From Candidatus Poseidoniaceae archaeon (GTDB lineage Archaea; Thermoplasmatota; Poseidoniia; Poseidoniales; Poseidoniaceae), in NCBI GenBank assembly GCA_028353405.1, contig JAOMOG010000006.1, positions 8,566-72,565 on the forward strand: a stretch of 64,000 nt of DNA, written 5' to 3'. Below the pieces are notes generated by a model. That model saw only the letters and a program-made list of their open reading frames with translations, was not told where the DNA came from and made no database searches. Positions 28,135 to 38,201 of this stretch are shown here, in pieces (the stretch's first letter is position 1; each line of letters opens with the position of its first letter). The translations under genes and the position numbers were made by a program.

Positions 28135-28572
28135 ATGGCAGTTCATCAACTCACATGGAGAGCAACTGCCAGCGGCGTAGAAGATGAAATGGTACTAGCT
28201 GAAGCATTAGCCACTCTAATAGGTGATGAAGAGGCTGTGGAGATTGAACAAACCAACTCCTACCACGGCTCTCCTATCCACATGGTTTCGGCGAGATTAA
28301 CTCGCTCCGGACCTGCACAAAAGGCTCTATCTAATATCGGAAAAGAAAATCTAAAAATAATTTTATCCGAATTAGAGACTCGATTGGATGAAACTAATGT
28401 CATTCACTTCCGATTGGATCAAAATGACTTGGTAAGTGGAGTTTTGACATTATCGCAACCAGGAGGGCAAGCAACCGTCAAGGGGCAAACCAAAATCCAA
28501 GTATATCCTGGACAGAATCCATTAGTTGAGGCTCAAAGTACAATTCAAAAAGCAATTGAGTCGTCTAATTGA
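28135..28572 (+). CDS. Hypothetical protein, possibly COG1931/UPF0201-type RNA-binding protein
   Basis: The size (145 aa) and the blocks ATASGVEDEMVLAEALATLIG and FRLDQNDLVSGVL loosely resemble that family. Support is weak. Confidence 0.35.
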   Translation: MAVHQLTWRATASGVEDEMVLAEALATLIGDEEAVEIEQTNSYHGSPIHMVSARLTRSGPAQKALSNIGKENLKIILSELETRLDETNVIHFRLDQNDLVSGVLTLSQPGGQATVKGQTKIQVYPGQNPLVEAQSTIQKAIESSN

Positions 28573-28665
28573 GTTGTGTTTTCAGGTATTTCTAGTGAAA
28601 ATTTGAGATTGCCCATCCAAACGGTTCATGTATGTCTACCCCCTCAGCAAGTTTGAGGAATACCT

Positions 28666-28941
28666 ATGACACATGTTGTAACAAGCGCTTGCGTTGACCA
28701 TAAGTACCAAGAATGCGTTGCTGTTTGCCCAGTTGAAGCATTTAGAGAAGCCGATAGATACCTAGTTATTGACCCGGATGAGTGTATTGATTGTGGTGCA
28801 TGTATCCCTGAATGCCCTGTTGATGCGATTTTCGCTGACACCGATATTCCAGCAGGAGAAGAAGCATGGGAAGAGCGTAATGCAGTAGAGTCTATTGACG
28901 CAGAAATTGCAGAAGGCGACACACCAGTTCTTGCAGACTGA
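28666..28941 (+). CDS. 7Fe-type ferredoxin (3Fe-4S + 4Fe-4S)
   Basis: [26 protein letters not shown]...[19 protein letters not shown] is colinear with Azotobacter-type FdI. Confidence 0.85.
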   Translation: MTHVVTSACVDHKYQECVAVCPVEAFREADRYLVIDPDECIDCGACIPECPVDAIFADTDIPAGEEAWEERNAVESIDAEIAEGDTPVLAD

Positions 28942-29020
28942 AATTAGAATTTACCCTCACCCTCATGTATTGGACTTACCAATGATCTTGAAGTAAATTA
29001 ATTTAGGCAGGTTGATTATA

Positions 29021-30016
29021 ATGGCTAAGGATATCGATTTTTCAAAGTTTAGACGCGGCAGTGACTTACTAAAACGTGGATTTGCACGTATGCAACAAGG
29101 TGGTGTCATCATGGATGTCGTCAATCCTGACCAAGCTGCAATCGCTGAAGATTCTGGGGCTGTTGCTGTAATGGCACTAGAAAGAGTTCCTGCAGACATC
29201 CGCAGAGATGGCGGAGTTGCCAGAATGAGCCACCCCGATATGATTCAAGGAATTCTCGATTGCACAACTATACCAGTAATGGCAAAGGCAAGAATCGGCC
29301 ATGAAGGTGAAGCAAGAATTCTTGAATCAATGGGCGTAGACATGGTTGATGAAAGCGAAGTATTGACTCCAGCAGATCCATTTTTCCACATTTCTAAGAA
29401 AGATTACGATATTCCTTTCGTATGTGGGGCAACGGAATTAGGAGAGGCTGTTCGTCGTATATGGGAAGGTGCTGCAATGATACGCACCAAGGGAGAAGCA
29501 GGAACTGGAAATGTAGTCGCTGCTGTAACTCATGCTAGATTGATCGATCAGGAAATTAAGCAATTACAAACTCTTGATGACTCTGGAATTGATCAAACTG
29601 CAGAAATTATAATCGACAGATATCGAGTATTAGCAAACCAATCAAAATTGCCAGGAAATTATCAACATACACCTTTTGGAGCAATAGATGAAAAAATGCA
29701 CAGTGAAGTTAGAGAAATTCTTGAAGAAGTTAGAACAATGGGGCGACTACCTGTAGTTACATTCTCTGCTGGAGGAATTGCAACACCGGCAGATGCATCG
29801 CAAATGATGCGTCTTGGTATGGATGGAATATTCGTCGGCTCTGGTATTTTCAAATCGGAAGACCCGAAAACAATGGCCGAAGCGATTGTTCTCGCTACTG
29901 CACATTATGATGAGGCTGAAAAAGTAACTCAAGCTATGGCTATGATGGCTGGAGCGGCAATGAAAGGCGATGAACTTGAAACTCTAGAAGTTCGCTACGA
30001 CCAACGTGGAAATTAA
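29021..30016 (+). CDS. pdxS: Pyridoxal 5'-phosphate synthase subunit PdxS
   Basis: Contains [55 protein letters not shown] and a C-terminal FVGSGIFKS block. Confidence 0.95.
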   Translation: MAKDIDFSKFRRGSDLLKRGFARMQQGGVIMDVVNPDQAAIAEDSGAVAVMALERVPADIRRDGGVARMSHPDMIQGILDCTTIPVMAKARIGHEGEARILESMGVDMVDESEVLTPADPFFHISKKDYDIPFVCGATELGEAVRRIWEGAAMIRTKGEAGTGNVVAAVTHARLIDQEIKQLQTLDDSGIDQTAEIIIDRYRVLANQSKLPGNYQHTPFGAIDEKMHSEVREILEEVRTMGRLPVVTFSAGGIATPADASQMMRLGMDGIFVGSGIFKSEDPKTMAEAIVLATAHYDEAEKVTQAMAMMAGAAMKGDELETLEVRYDQRGN

Positions 30017-30051
30017 ACATAATCTTCTAAGGAGATTATTCTATAGAATAC

Positions 30052-30303
30052 TTAACCCAATGGGTCGTTAACTCCAACTTCACCCAAAGTCCAACGTAAT
30101 GTCTTAATTACTCCATCCAATGCTTTGTGATTTCTTGCAGCTTCCTTCATTCCTTCTCTATCTCCAGAAGACTTACAATCGTCAAACCACTTCTTCCATT
30201 GGCGACGTTTTACTTCAGCACGAGTAAGCATTTGTTCTATCTCTTCCCAAGTTCTTTCATAGGTCCTTTCGGGTGCTTGGTCCCCATGCGGAATACGATT
30301 CAT
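30052..30303 (-). CDS. Small charged helical protein, hypothetical
   Basis: An 83-aa ORF from the ATG at 30303 with no recognised motif. Confidence 0.35.
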   Translation of the reverse strand: MNRIPHGDQAPERTYERTWEEIEQMLTRAEVKRRQWKKWFDDCKSSGDREGMKEAARNHKALDGVIKTLRWTLGEVGVNDPLG

Positions 30304-30369
30304 AATTTGGCCCGAAGTGCAACGGTATATGAGTAATACGCCGACATTATTCGTAAACAATTCATCCCA

Positions 30370-31443
30370 TCATGGAATTCTTTGATCACTAATATCCATT
30401 TTTGCAGCAATTACGACATCATCACCTATTACGACATTGTCCAATTTAGCCCCATTTCCAATTACTACATTTTGGCCAAGGACAGAATTAGAAATTATTG
30501 AATCAGGACTAATTTTGCATCCAGACATCAGTAAGGAATTAGAAATCTTTACATTCTCTTCAACAAAACAATTGGAAGATATCACACTGCTAACAACATC
30601 ACCCAGTATTACTGCATCATCCATACAAAATCCATTACCTGGAAGAACTTTCCCATTTGGCATAGGGAATGGTAATTCTTTCATTCTTTTTACTAAAGTT
30701 GATTGAGCGTTTAGTAATTCCATCGGATTGCCGACATCGAACCAAACACCATCGATTGTCTTGGCATACATCGGCCAATTCATTTCCAGTACCATTGGAA
30801 ATAATTGTTTACTGAAATCAAACTTCTCACCCAAAGGCATCAATGCCAAAACCTCAGGCTCTATGATGTATAATCCAGCATTTATCACATTACTAAAAGC
30901 TTCTTCTGGACTTGGCTTTTCCTTAAATCGACTAATATAACCTTCACGCAAATCTCCATCTAATTCACCATTATGCTCTGCTGACAATCCCACTATACCG
31001 AAATCACTTGGATCTTCAACTTCCCAAAGTGCCATTGTAACCTTTGCACCGCTTTTCTTGTGAGCTGCTAATAGACCAGATATGTCAAATGAAGCGACTG
31101 AATCTCCAGAGCCAACGACAAATGTTTCTGTTAACAAATCACTCAGAAGCCGAACACTTCCTGCTGTCCCCATTGGAGAATCCTCTTGATTAATTCGTGC
31201 TGTAATCTCTCTAGAATGAGTTTTCATCGATTGAAGTGGCCAAGCGGATACATGCTTTTGCAATTGCTCACCTCTATATCCAGTTGTGACAATTAAATCA
31301 TCAATACCGGCTTCTACCATCGCATCTTTAACGAAATCAATAACAGGACGCCCTAGAACTTCAACCATGGGCTTTGGACGAGTCAAAGTCAAAGGACGTA
31401 ATCTTGAACCTTGACCACCGGCCATTATGACCCCATACATCAT
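30370..31443 (-). CDS. Sugar-1-phosphate nucleotidyltransferase with a C-terminal left-handed beta-helix domain
   Basis: Has the N-terminal block IMAGGQGSRLRPLTLTRPKPMV. The C-terminus has hexapeptide-like repeats (VLGQNVVIGNGAKLDNVVIGDDVVI). Confidence 0.85.
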   Translation of the reverse strand: MMYGVIMAGGQGSRLRPLTLTRPKPMVEVLGRPVIDFVKDAMVEAGIDDLIVTTGYRGEQLQKHVSAWPLQSMKTHSREITARINQEDSPMGTAGSVRLLSDLLTETFVVGSGDSVASFDISGLLAAHKKSGAKVTMALWEVEDPSDFGIVGLSAEHNGELDGDLREGYISRFKEKPSPEEAFSNVINAGLYIIEPEVLALMPLGEKFDFSKQLFPMVLEMNWPMYAKTIDGVWFDVGNPMELLNAQSTLVKRMKELPFPMPNGKVLPGNGFCMDDAVILGDVVSSVISSNCFVEENVKISNSLLMSGCKISPDSIISNSVLGQNVVIGNGAKLDNVVIGDDVVIAAKMDISDQRIP

Positions 31444-31449
31444 TTCACC

Positions 31450-32451
31450 TCAGCGACGACGGTTCTGCATATTTATTCGGCGCATTCCTGCCTTTTTGGA
31501 GGATTTACCTGAAGCAGGACGGGATGAACCATCGCTACTACTTGTTCCTCCAATATTCAATACGCCGGATGAAAGTAAATTGCTTACCAAGCCGTCAGCA
31601 ACATCTTCTGAACTAGCACCAGTTGACATTTCATTTTTGACGGATTGATTATGATCTATAATCCAAGATTCTCTCTCTTTCTTAGCCATATGTAACTGGT
31701 CACGTGCTTTGTCAACATCCTTCATTAATTCAACAGTCTTTTCATGCATTTCATCTGCCTTCTTTCTGAAATCAAGATATTCTTCATGGAATCTATCGCC
31801 TTCTGCTTTGAGGAAATCTCGGTGTGCGAAAACTTCATCCAATTCTTTTGATTTTTCAGTTACTCTCCCAACTGCTTCTATCATTGCTTTATGTGCAGCG
31901 TCTGCTTCTGACTTTAGGATTTTAATTGAGCCATCCAAGTCAGACAAATCAATACTAACCATATCAAATTGGGCAACCTCTGGCTCTAACTCTGCAAGAC
32001 GGCGGTGCTTCAATTTGAGATTGGCCATCATTTCCCTTTCCTTCTTAGGACCAACACTCGATGTTTCAAAGGTAGTCTCTAAATTATCAATCTCTTGCTT
32101 TAGTTGCATAAACTCGGCGGTAGCAGAACGCTTCTCGTTCTTTTCTCCGCGTCGACCCTTCGCTTGAGAGATGAGTTGACGGATTTGGTCTTGGATTGCA
32201 TTTCTCTTTTCTTTGAACAATTTAATTTCAGCACGAATAACCTTTACTTCGGAAAGGACCAGAGCTGATTTCTCTCTGTGTTCCTTGAATTGTGCTTGGA
32301 TTGCATTGCGCTTATCAGCACTCTGCTTAGCGGAATCGCTGAATGAATTACGAGTTTCTCGCAACTTGCGAACTTTCGCTTCCATTGTTTGAAGTTCTTC
32401 GCGAAGTGCCGCATCCGGCTTCTCCTCCGCTTCCTCTTTCATTCCGCGCAT
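31450..32451 (-). CDS. Long coiled-coil protein (archaeal COG1340-like)
   Basis: About 280 aa of heptad-rich charged sequence with a Ser/Gly-rich basic tail. It has the same layout as 41929-42903. Confidence 0.6.
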   Translation of the reverse strand: MRGMKEEAEEKPDAALREELQTMEAKVRKLRETRNSFSDSAKQSADKRNAIQAQFKEHREKSALVLSEVKVIRAEIKLFKEKRNAIQDQIRQLISQAKGRRGEKNEKRSATAEFMQLKQEIDNLETTFETSSVGPKKEREMMANLKLKHRRLAELEPEVAQFDMVSIDLSDLDGSIKILKSEADAAHKAMIEAVGRVTEKSKELDEVFAHRDFLKAEGDRFHEEYLDFRKKADEMHEKTVELMKDVDKARDQLHMAKKERESWIIDHNQSVKNEMSTGASSEDVADGLVSNLLSSGVLNIGGTSSSDGSSRPASGKSSKKAGMRRINMQNRRR

Positions 32452-32514
32452 GACTCTTCCACAGCATTAACCATTTCAAGGCTATGGATGGTGCGGCAAG
32501 ACAACTTGAATAGA

Positions 32515-34092
32515 TTATTGGCCAAATAAGACATACATTTCCATGAATATTGCGCTTAATAATCCAATCGTTCCCAGTAAATTTGCAGCAATAGAACCTG
32601 AAGACCTCACCATTGACCTGAATTCAGATCTGACTCTAACATTGATCTGCCTTCCCACTAGTAGTTCACCACTTGGTTGTTCGAGGCGAACGGAAACTGT
32701 TGCTTCTCCCGTAGTAGTGGGTAATAACGACTGCCAGGCTACTGTACCATCCCGTAGCAAACCACTCATCACACCTAGAGTATCATCATCACCTTGTGCA
32801 TGACTTGGCAATGCTCGGTCAGACCACCAGTACTTTTCTCCAGGTTGCAACCTATATGTCAAGGCTACATCATTCGGACGGAAGTCAGGTGTTTGAACTC
32901 TAAATACAACAGTTCTTTCTGTCTCTCCAAGATTATGAATTATTGTAAATAGATTTGCTCTATTGGAAACTACATTTTCCAAATCAACTTCGAATACTAA
33001 GTCTTTCAGTGCAGGGTTATTACCAACTTCAATCTCATGTTCTAAACGGTCTATCATTCGGAAGAATGCTGGACATTTTCGTGACACATGTCCCATTAAT
33101 AAAAGCCATACTTCCAATGTGAAAACTGGGTGTGAAACGATTAGTTTCAAACCATTTTCATTCAAGACTTCAGATAATTCGGAAATCATTGTAGCTTTAA
33201 CTAGACCGCGGTGGTGCCTGTACAATGCCATGAGTATTTTTTCTCTCGCAAAACCGACTTCAACATTTGGATGAATGTTGGCTTCAATACTTTTTGTGAA
33301 ATCCACATATTGCGCACGCATCAATGGATCCATGTGAGTCATTAGAAGATCATTGAATACGGAATTAATTGTTGAAGGGTGGATTGCTGGGCTATATGCA
33401 TCTAGGAGACCAGTTCTTTCAACCATGCTAAATTGATGAGAACGTGTTGCTAAATGTTGACCGATTGACAATAGCATTAATGAAAATGAACCCAATAGGA
33501 TGATCATTCCAGATTCATTCTCAGAACCAATATAAAAAATAACAACCAATAATAGAGCACTGCCCATTGCAAAAAATAGACTGGTATTTGTTTTACTAGT
33601 GGACCGCTTCATTCTAGCAACAAGTCCATCATATCCTTGTAATGATTGAACTGGGCGGTGGGCATCATTTGAAAGTTGTACTTCGTCATTAAACACGCGT
33701 AGTGAGAGTCCTTCGCGGTGTCGATGAACCATAATGGACAAAATATAACCAAACAGAATTACGAATGTGATAGCAACTAATGTGATTGAAAAGGTAAACC
33801 CTATAGTCGGTTCTATATTTTCTAACCACCATTTTGGTGAACCGTTGGAAAAGGCCCACGCAATGAAATATGTGAAAATAGCAAAAGCGGGTAAAAACAA
33901 TATTATTCTAAGGCCAAAACTAATGATTTGTCTATCTATTGCAAGAAATATTGCTTCCCAATCTTTGACAGTTGCCTTTTCACCTATTGGAGAGATAGCC
34001 TTTATTTTAGAAAAGAGCCCATTTGTATCAACAACAGCCTCTTGTGGAGAGGTTTGTATCGTATTATCTTCCCCCTCCATAGCAATAGGCAA
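32515..34092 (-). CDS. Polytopic membrane protein, hypothetical
   Basis: Has at least five hydrophobic helices in the N-terminal half, a soluble domain of about 250 aa and a terminal TM helix. Confidence 0.6.
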   Translation of the reverse strand: MPIAMEGEDNTIQTSPQEAVVDTNGLFSKIKAISPIGEKATVKDWEAIFLAIDRQIISFGLRIILFLPAFAIFTYFIAWAFSNGSPKWWLENIEPTIGFTFSITLVAITFVILFGYILSIMVHRHREGLSLRVFNDEVQLSNDAHRPVQSLQGYDGLVARMKRSTSKTNTSLFFAMGSALLLVVIFYIGSENESGMIILLGSFSLMLLSIGQHLATRSHQFSMVERTGLLDAYSPAIHPSTINSVFNDLLMTHMDPLMRAQYVDFTKSIEANIHPNVEVGFAREKILMALYRHHRGLVKATMISELSEVLNENGLKLIVSHPVFTLEVWLLLMGHVSRKCPAFFRMIDRLEHEIEVGNNPALKDLVFEVDLENVVSNRANLFTIIHNLGETERTVVFRVQTPDFRPNDVALTYRLQPGEKYWWSDRALPSHAQGDDDTLGVMSGLLRDGTVAWQSLLPTTTGEATVSVRLEQPSGELLVGRQINVRVRSEFRSMVRSSGSIAANLLGTIGLLSAIFMEMYVLFGQ

Positions 34093-34130
34093 GGGTTGTT
34101 ACTCTTTATCATTGTCCGGAGTTGGATTAA

Positions 34131-34787
34131 TCAACAGCGTATTAATATTTTTTCTGCGATACTTTCAGATAGTTCTAGATAAGTGCCATCGGATGTCTTC
34201 CAGCGACCGTCTTGTTTCTTTACACGTGTTCCGATTGTCACGCCTAAAGTATTCAATGATGTCAATGCAGATTCGCTTAAAACCATCATTCTTATATCCC
34301 CCTCACTATTATCTGGAAGAGCGCTCATTGGCCTCATTCCGCTTGCTAATTGATTAATTATTGATGCTAGTTCTTCTCTTGCAGGGGGTATTGGCTTACC
34401 TGAAGGATCAATATTTGGTTGATCTAATAATAGCGTTAGTGCAACTTCTAAATCATCATCGATTGCATGCTCAAGTCTACATGCTGTTTCGTGAACATTT
34501 CCGAAAAATGGTAACTTATCCAACAGGACTTCTGCCAACCTATGCCTTCTTTTCATTTGTTGACCCATTGCAAGCCCTAACTCAGTAAGACTAGCCCCCT
34601 TGTATGGAATATAATCTACAAACCCTTTTGATGCCAATCTTTGAACCATTTCAGTAGCTGAAGCAGGTGAGACTTTCAGAGCACTTGCTAAATCACCGGT
34701 TCTAACTAGTGATTGCGGGGCATTTTCATAAAATGCATACATTGTCTCCAAGTATTCATCTTCAAACTCTTGAAAATGGCCACCCAT
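34131..34787 (-). CDS. DtxR/MntR-family metal-dependent transcriptional repressor with a FeoA/SH3-like C-terminal domain
   Basis: Has a winged-HTH block (TGDLASALKVSPASATEMVQRLASKGFV), the dimerisation/metal block RRHRLAEVLL and a C-terminal FeoA-like segment. Confidence 0.8.
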   Translation of the reverse strand: MGGHFQEFEDEYLETMYAFYENAPQSLVRTGDLASALKVSPASATEMVQRLASKGFVDYIPYKGASLTELGLAMGQQMKRRHRLAEVLLDKLPFFGNVHETACRLEHAIDDDLEVALTLLLDQPNIDPSGKPIPPAREELASIINQLASGMRPMSALPDNSEGDIRMMVLSESALTSLNTLGVTIGTRVKKQDGRWKTSDGTYLELSESIAEKILIRC

Positions 34788-34822
34788 GTCAATCCCAGTT
34801 CCCTCTCACCAATCAACCTTGC

Positions 34823-37333
34823 TTATTGTGAATCCGCTTTGAACACTACTTTGCACGCAGGACAACGTACGGAGCCAGAATAATCTGTTGGAACTCTTAA
34901 CGACTGAGAGCAATCCGGGCAAGAAACCTCTTTCTTTTCTTGTTTTTCAACTTCTTCGACTTCCTCTTCTTCTTGAGGTGGCTCGTCTCTTGAATTAACA
35001 TCAAATCTATTTGAACAGTCTGGACATCTAACTTTACCAGAATATGATGCTGGAACTCGTAATTGCCTAGCACATTCAGGACAACCAACTTGCACCTTTC
35101 TATCTGTACTAGATGCTGAAGTTTTTGACTTTTTAATAGGCTTCTTGGCCTTTGGAGTTTTATTTTTAGTTTTGGAGACAGAAGATTTCATATCACTTGA
35201 AGAGTTCTTGAGCCTCATTGCAAGAATTACTGCACCTGCAATTGCGATACCAGATATGATTCCAATAAATGGAACATCATATGATTGAGAAGAAGAAGTA
35301 GCACTGATGCCGGAATTGTATGATTGGCTTGAAGTTAATATATTCTGGTCAATACTCCATTTAGCAGTTAAAGTAACTTCAGAACCGGAAGGCCAATCAA
35401 TTGTCAAAGTAATCTCTTTTTCCTCACCTGCAAGTAAGATTCCAGTCTCACTTTGAACTAAGAAATTGCCATTGCCATCAACTAAAATTATTTGCCCAGC
35501 AATACCGTCGACTAAACCGTTATTTGAAATTTTGATAGTAATACTAGTTTCATCGCCGAATGTTGGATCTCTTGGGGAACTGAGAGGATCCATTTCAACA
35601 TAATACTCAGGTCGCTCCGATGGAACTGATTTAATTACAGAAGTAGGACCTGGTCCTATTGTCCAATTAATTGAGTTGATACGAATTACTACTTTATCGG
35701 CATCCACATGTCCGATTACATATTGTCCAGTAGTCAATCCTGGAAATACTGTAATCAATGAATCAAATGGATAAATTTCCGATCCTCCTGAATCATATCC
35801 CAATCTTAATTGAATATCTCTTTCAACACCAGTATCAAGATCAATTTGCCATGTGAACGAAATCCCATCAACTGAATCCCACTCAACATTACTAATCTGT
35901 GGTGTAAGGCTTTGCTGCTCCGACACAGGTATATTGAGAACTCCCTCCAAACCAATATCTATTGCACCATTTGAAGAAACTAGGGACCAATTTACTTGAG
36001 TTTGCCCAATAGCGATCATCTGAATTGAAACCGAGACTTCACCTGCTGCATCTAATGCCAAACTTAACGGTTCACTCAAACTAACCACGCCGTTAATTTC
36101 ACAGCGTAATTGTACCAATCCATCGCTGTCGCCATGATTTCTAACCAGCATTGAGAAAGTTGCCATATCACCTTTATGCCAAGGCCCACCTAATACGGCA
36201 GGAGTGGATGACCCAGCTGCTTCAAAGGCTGCTGCTGTCATTGATAATATTGAAGACACAGAGTTGATTGAATCATCCCAAACCCTCTGCCCATCTGTTT
36301 GGCAGGTCAGAGTTCCTGGGCGCGCAGAGGCACTAACTGAAATCGTCGTATTGACACCATTAGTAAGGTCTAAAGGTTGTGAATATTCAATTTCTCCACC
36401 ACTGAAAATACAACTTAATGTTCCGTTGAAATCTATCTCACCCGTATTTGTAATAGACAGATTCCACTGTGCTAGTCCGCCCGCAGTAACATCTGTGTTC
36501 AGGTGAACTAGTTCCATGTCAATTCTAGCCAAAGGAGGTGGTCCCACCTCAAAGGTGGTAGTATGAAATAATTCAGATTGTGATGTTGGTGGGTTTAAGA
36601 TAGAGATATTTACTGTATAGTGAGAGTTTATATCGAAATTAGTTTCAGTAAATGAAGAAGACGAGTAAAATTGTGCATTCGTTGTAGTTGCACTCCCAAA
36701 TGTAATGTTTGACGTATGTGATTCTAGAACTTCTTGACCGTCGATATCGGCACTAACATTACTTGACCACTGTAAATCTCCAAGGTTTTCTATGGATGCA
36801 CTAATGATTAGATAGTCCCCCTCCCTAAGGGTTTCATTACCAGTTGGAACACCATTGAAATTGACTGGAATTAGTTCTATCTCTTCAATTGATAATTGGG
36901 CTGGACGGAGCCGTTGAATTGTTCTGTTGAATCCTGTAACATTGTTTGTATCTTCTGTTCCAATATCACCCGTCATAGTGACCATGAGATTGGAATATCC
37001 ATATGGCATATTGGAGAATGTGTAATTGATCGGCGTGTTACCGAATGCCAATACGGTGTAATTTGTTGATTGGTTATGAAGTTCTGTTCCCTCTATTGTA
37101 GAAATCACTACATTGACTTCTATTTCGGCATCCAATCCGCTCTGCTCAACGATGGTAAATGGTACTTCTAAATAGCTCTCTTCAAATGTTTCCATTTCAC
37201 CAAGTAGAATACTACTTACATCAATTACTGCTCCGCCGCCAGATGCTGAAACCAATGGTGCTAATATGACTGCAATTAGAAGAGCACAAACTAAGTTTGT
37301 TACTATGTTTGATGATGACATACGCTCCCCCAT
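34823..37333 (-). CDS. Large surface protein with a cytoplasmic tail carrying two zinc ribbons
   Basis: Has a signal/anchor (LVCALLIAVILAPLV), a ~680-aa Ser/Thr/Asn-rich ectodomain, a TM helix (FIGIISGIAIAGAVILAM) and a Lys-rich linker. Two copies of CPxCxxxLRVPxxYSGxVRCPxCxxxF follow. Confidence 0.8.
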   Translation of the reverse strand: MGERMSSSNIVTNLVCALLIAVILAPLVSASGGGAVIDVSSILLGEMETFEESYLEVPFTIVEQSGLDAEIEVNVVISTIEGTELHNQSTNYTVLAFGNTPINYTFSNMPYGYSNLMVTMTGDIGTEDTNNVTGFNRTIQRLRPAQLSIEEIELIPVNFNGVPTGNETLREGDYLIISASIENLGDLQWSSNVSADIDGQEVLESHTSNITFGSATTTNAQFYSSSSFTETNFDINSHYTVNISILNPPTSQSELFHTTTFEVGPPPLARIDMELVHLNTDVTAGGLAQWNLSITNTGEIDFNGTLSCIFSGGEIEYSQPLDLTNGVNTTISVSASARPGTLTCQTDGQRVWDDSINSVSSILSMTAAAFEAAGSSTPAVLGGPWHKGDMATFSMLVRNHGDSDGLVQLRCEINGVVSLSEPLSLALDAAGEVSVSIQMIAIGQTQVNWSLVSSNGAIDIGLEGVLNIPVSEQQSLTPQISNVEWDSVDGISFTWQIDLDTGVERDIQLRLGYDSGGSEIYPFDSLITVFPGLTTGQYVIGHVDADKVVIRINSINWTIGPGPTSVIKSVPSERPEYYVEMDPLSSPRDPTFGDETSITIKISNNGLVDGIAGQIILVDGNGNFLVQSETGILLAGEEKEITLTIDWPSGSEVTLTAKWSIDQNILTSSQSYNSGISATSSSQSYDVPFIGIISGIAIAGAVILAMRLKNSSSDMKSSVSKTKNKTPKAKKPIKKSKTSASSTDRKVQVGCPECARQLRVPASYSGKVRCPDCSNRFDVNSRDEPPQEEEEVEEVEKQEKKEVSCPDCSQSLRVPTDYSGSVRCPACKVVFKADSQ

Positions 37334-37426
37334 ATTACCACCTATGCGTATGGGGTTCTTCACCTTCACGCCAAAACATGGGTGAGGGCTATGTTTATTC
37401 TATGTTGAAAGGTCGCCCGAGAATGT

Positions 37427-38200
37427 ATGACACCTGACGAGTTGCTAAAAATCACTCCCGATTTGTTGGCACGTGCCATTTTACATCGGCGAGAGCAATT
37501 AGCAGAGGATATCCCAGAGCAGTTAGATGCTCGTCAAGAAGAGTTAGATTTCGCAGTTCCTTTAGCCAGTTTCGCTAAAGAAAAGCGCGATGAATTTGAT
37601 AAACAAATCAATGAAATAACTGACAAATGTCTTCATTCACAAAATCAAGCAAACCTAAAATTTACCAAATTAGAAAGTGATTTTCTAGTTACCGATACAG
37701 AGAACAAAGAGGTCGGGTTCGATGAATTATTACAACAGTACAAAGAAGCCAATGAAAATCATCACCAACAAACAATCATTTTAGAGCAAATGAATGATTT
37801 AGCAATAGAACAATTTGACAAAATCTCTAGTGCAAATAGTTCTGATAGTGACATAGAATCAATTAAGTCGCAACATAAGGACATATTGGATGCTATTGCT
37901 CTATCAAAAGATTCCCACGCAGAATTATTGCCACTGAAGAATGAAAAAGAGCATTTCAATAATACTTACCTTGAAAATGAAACGATGAGAAGAAGAGCTA
38001 ATTCACGAACTGCATTGCTAAGCCAAGCCCTTGATTCCAGTGAAAGGGGAATCGAACATTGGCAACAATTAATCGATAAGGGTTTTGATAGACTGCTAGT
38101 TAATGCTAAAAGAGTTAGTGCGGGTGAATATTCTACACCAGCATTATCCAAAATGAATAAGGATAAGAATTCGCAAGTGGATCGTAAAGAAGGTGCTTGA
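37427..38200 (+). CDS. Coiled-coil protein, first gene of the TENT operon
   Basis: 257 aa of heptad-rich acidic sequence. Its stop (38198-38200) is 1 nt before the ATG of the next gene. Confidence 0.6.
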   Translation: MTPDELLKITPDLLARAILHRREQLAEDIPEQLDARQEELDFAVPLASFAKEKRDEFDKQINEITDKCLHSQNQANLKFTKLESDFLVTDTENKEVGFDELLQQYKEANENHHQQTIILEQMNDLAIEQFDKISSANSSDSDIESIKSQHKDILDAIALSKDSHAELLPLKNEKEHFNNTYLENETMRRRANSRTALLSQALDSSERGIEHWQQLIDKGFDRLLVNAKRVSAGEYSTPALSKMNKDKNSQVDRKEGA

Positions 38201-38201
38201 T

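Noticed and set aside
33767-34357. 196-aa + strand ORF spanning the junction of the membrane-protein and DtxR genes
   Set aside because: It crosses an intergenic gap and two well-supported minus-strand genes, so it is a shadow ORF.
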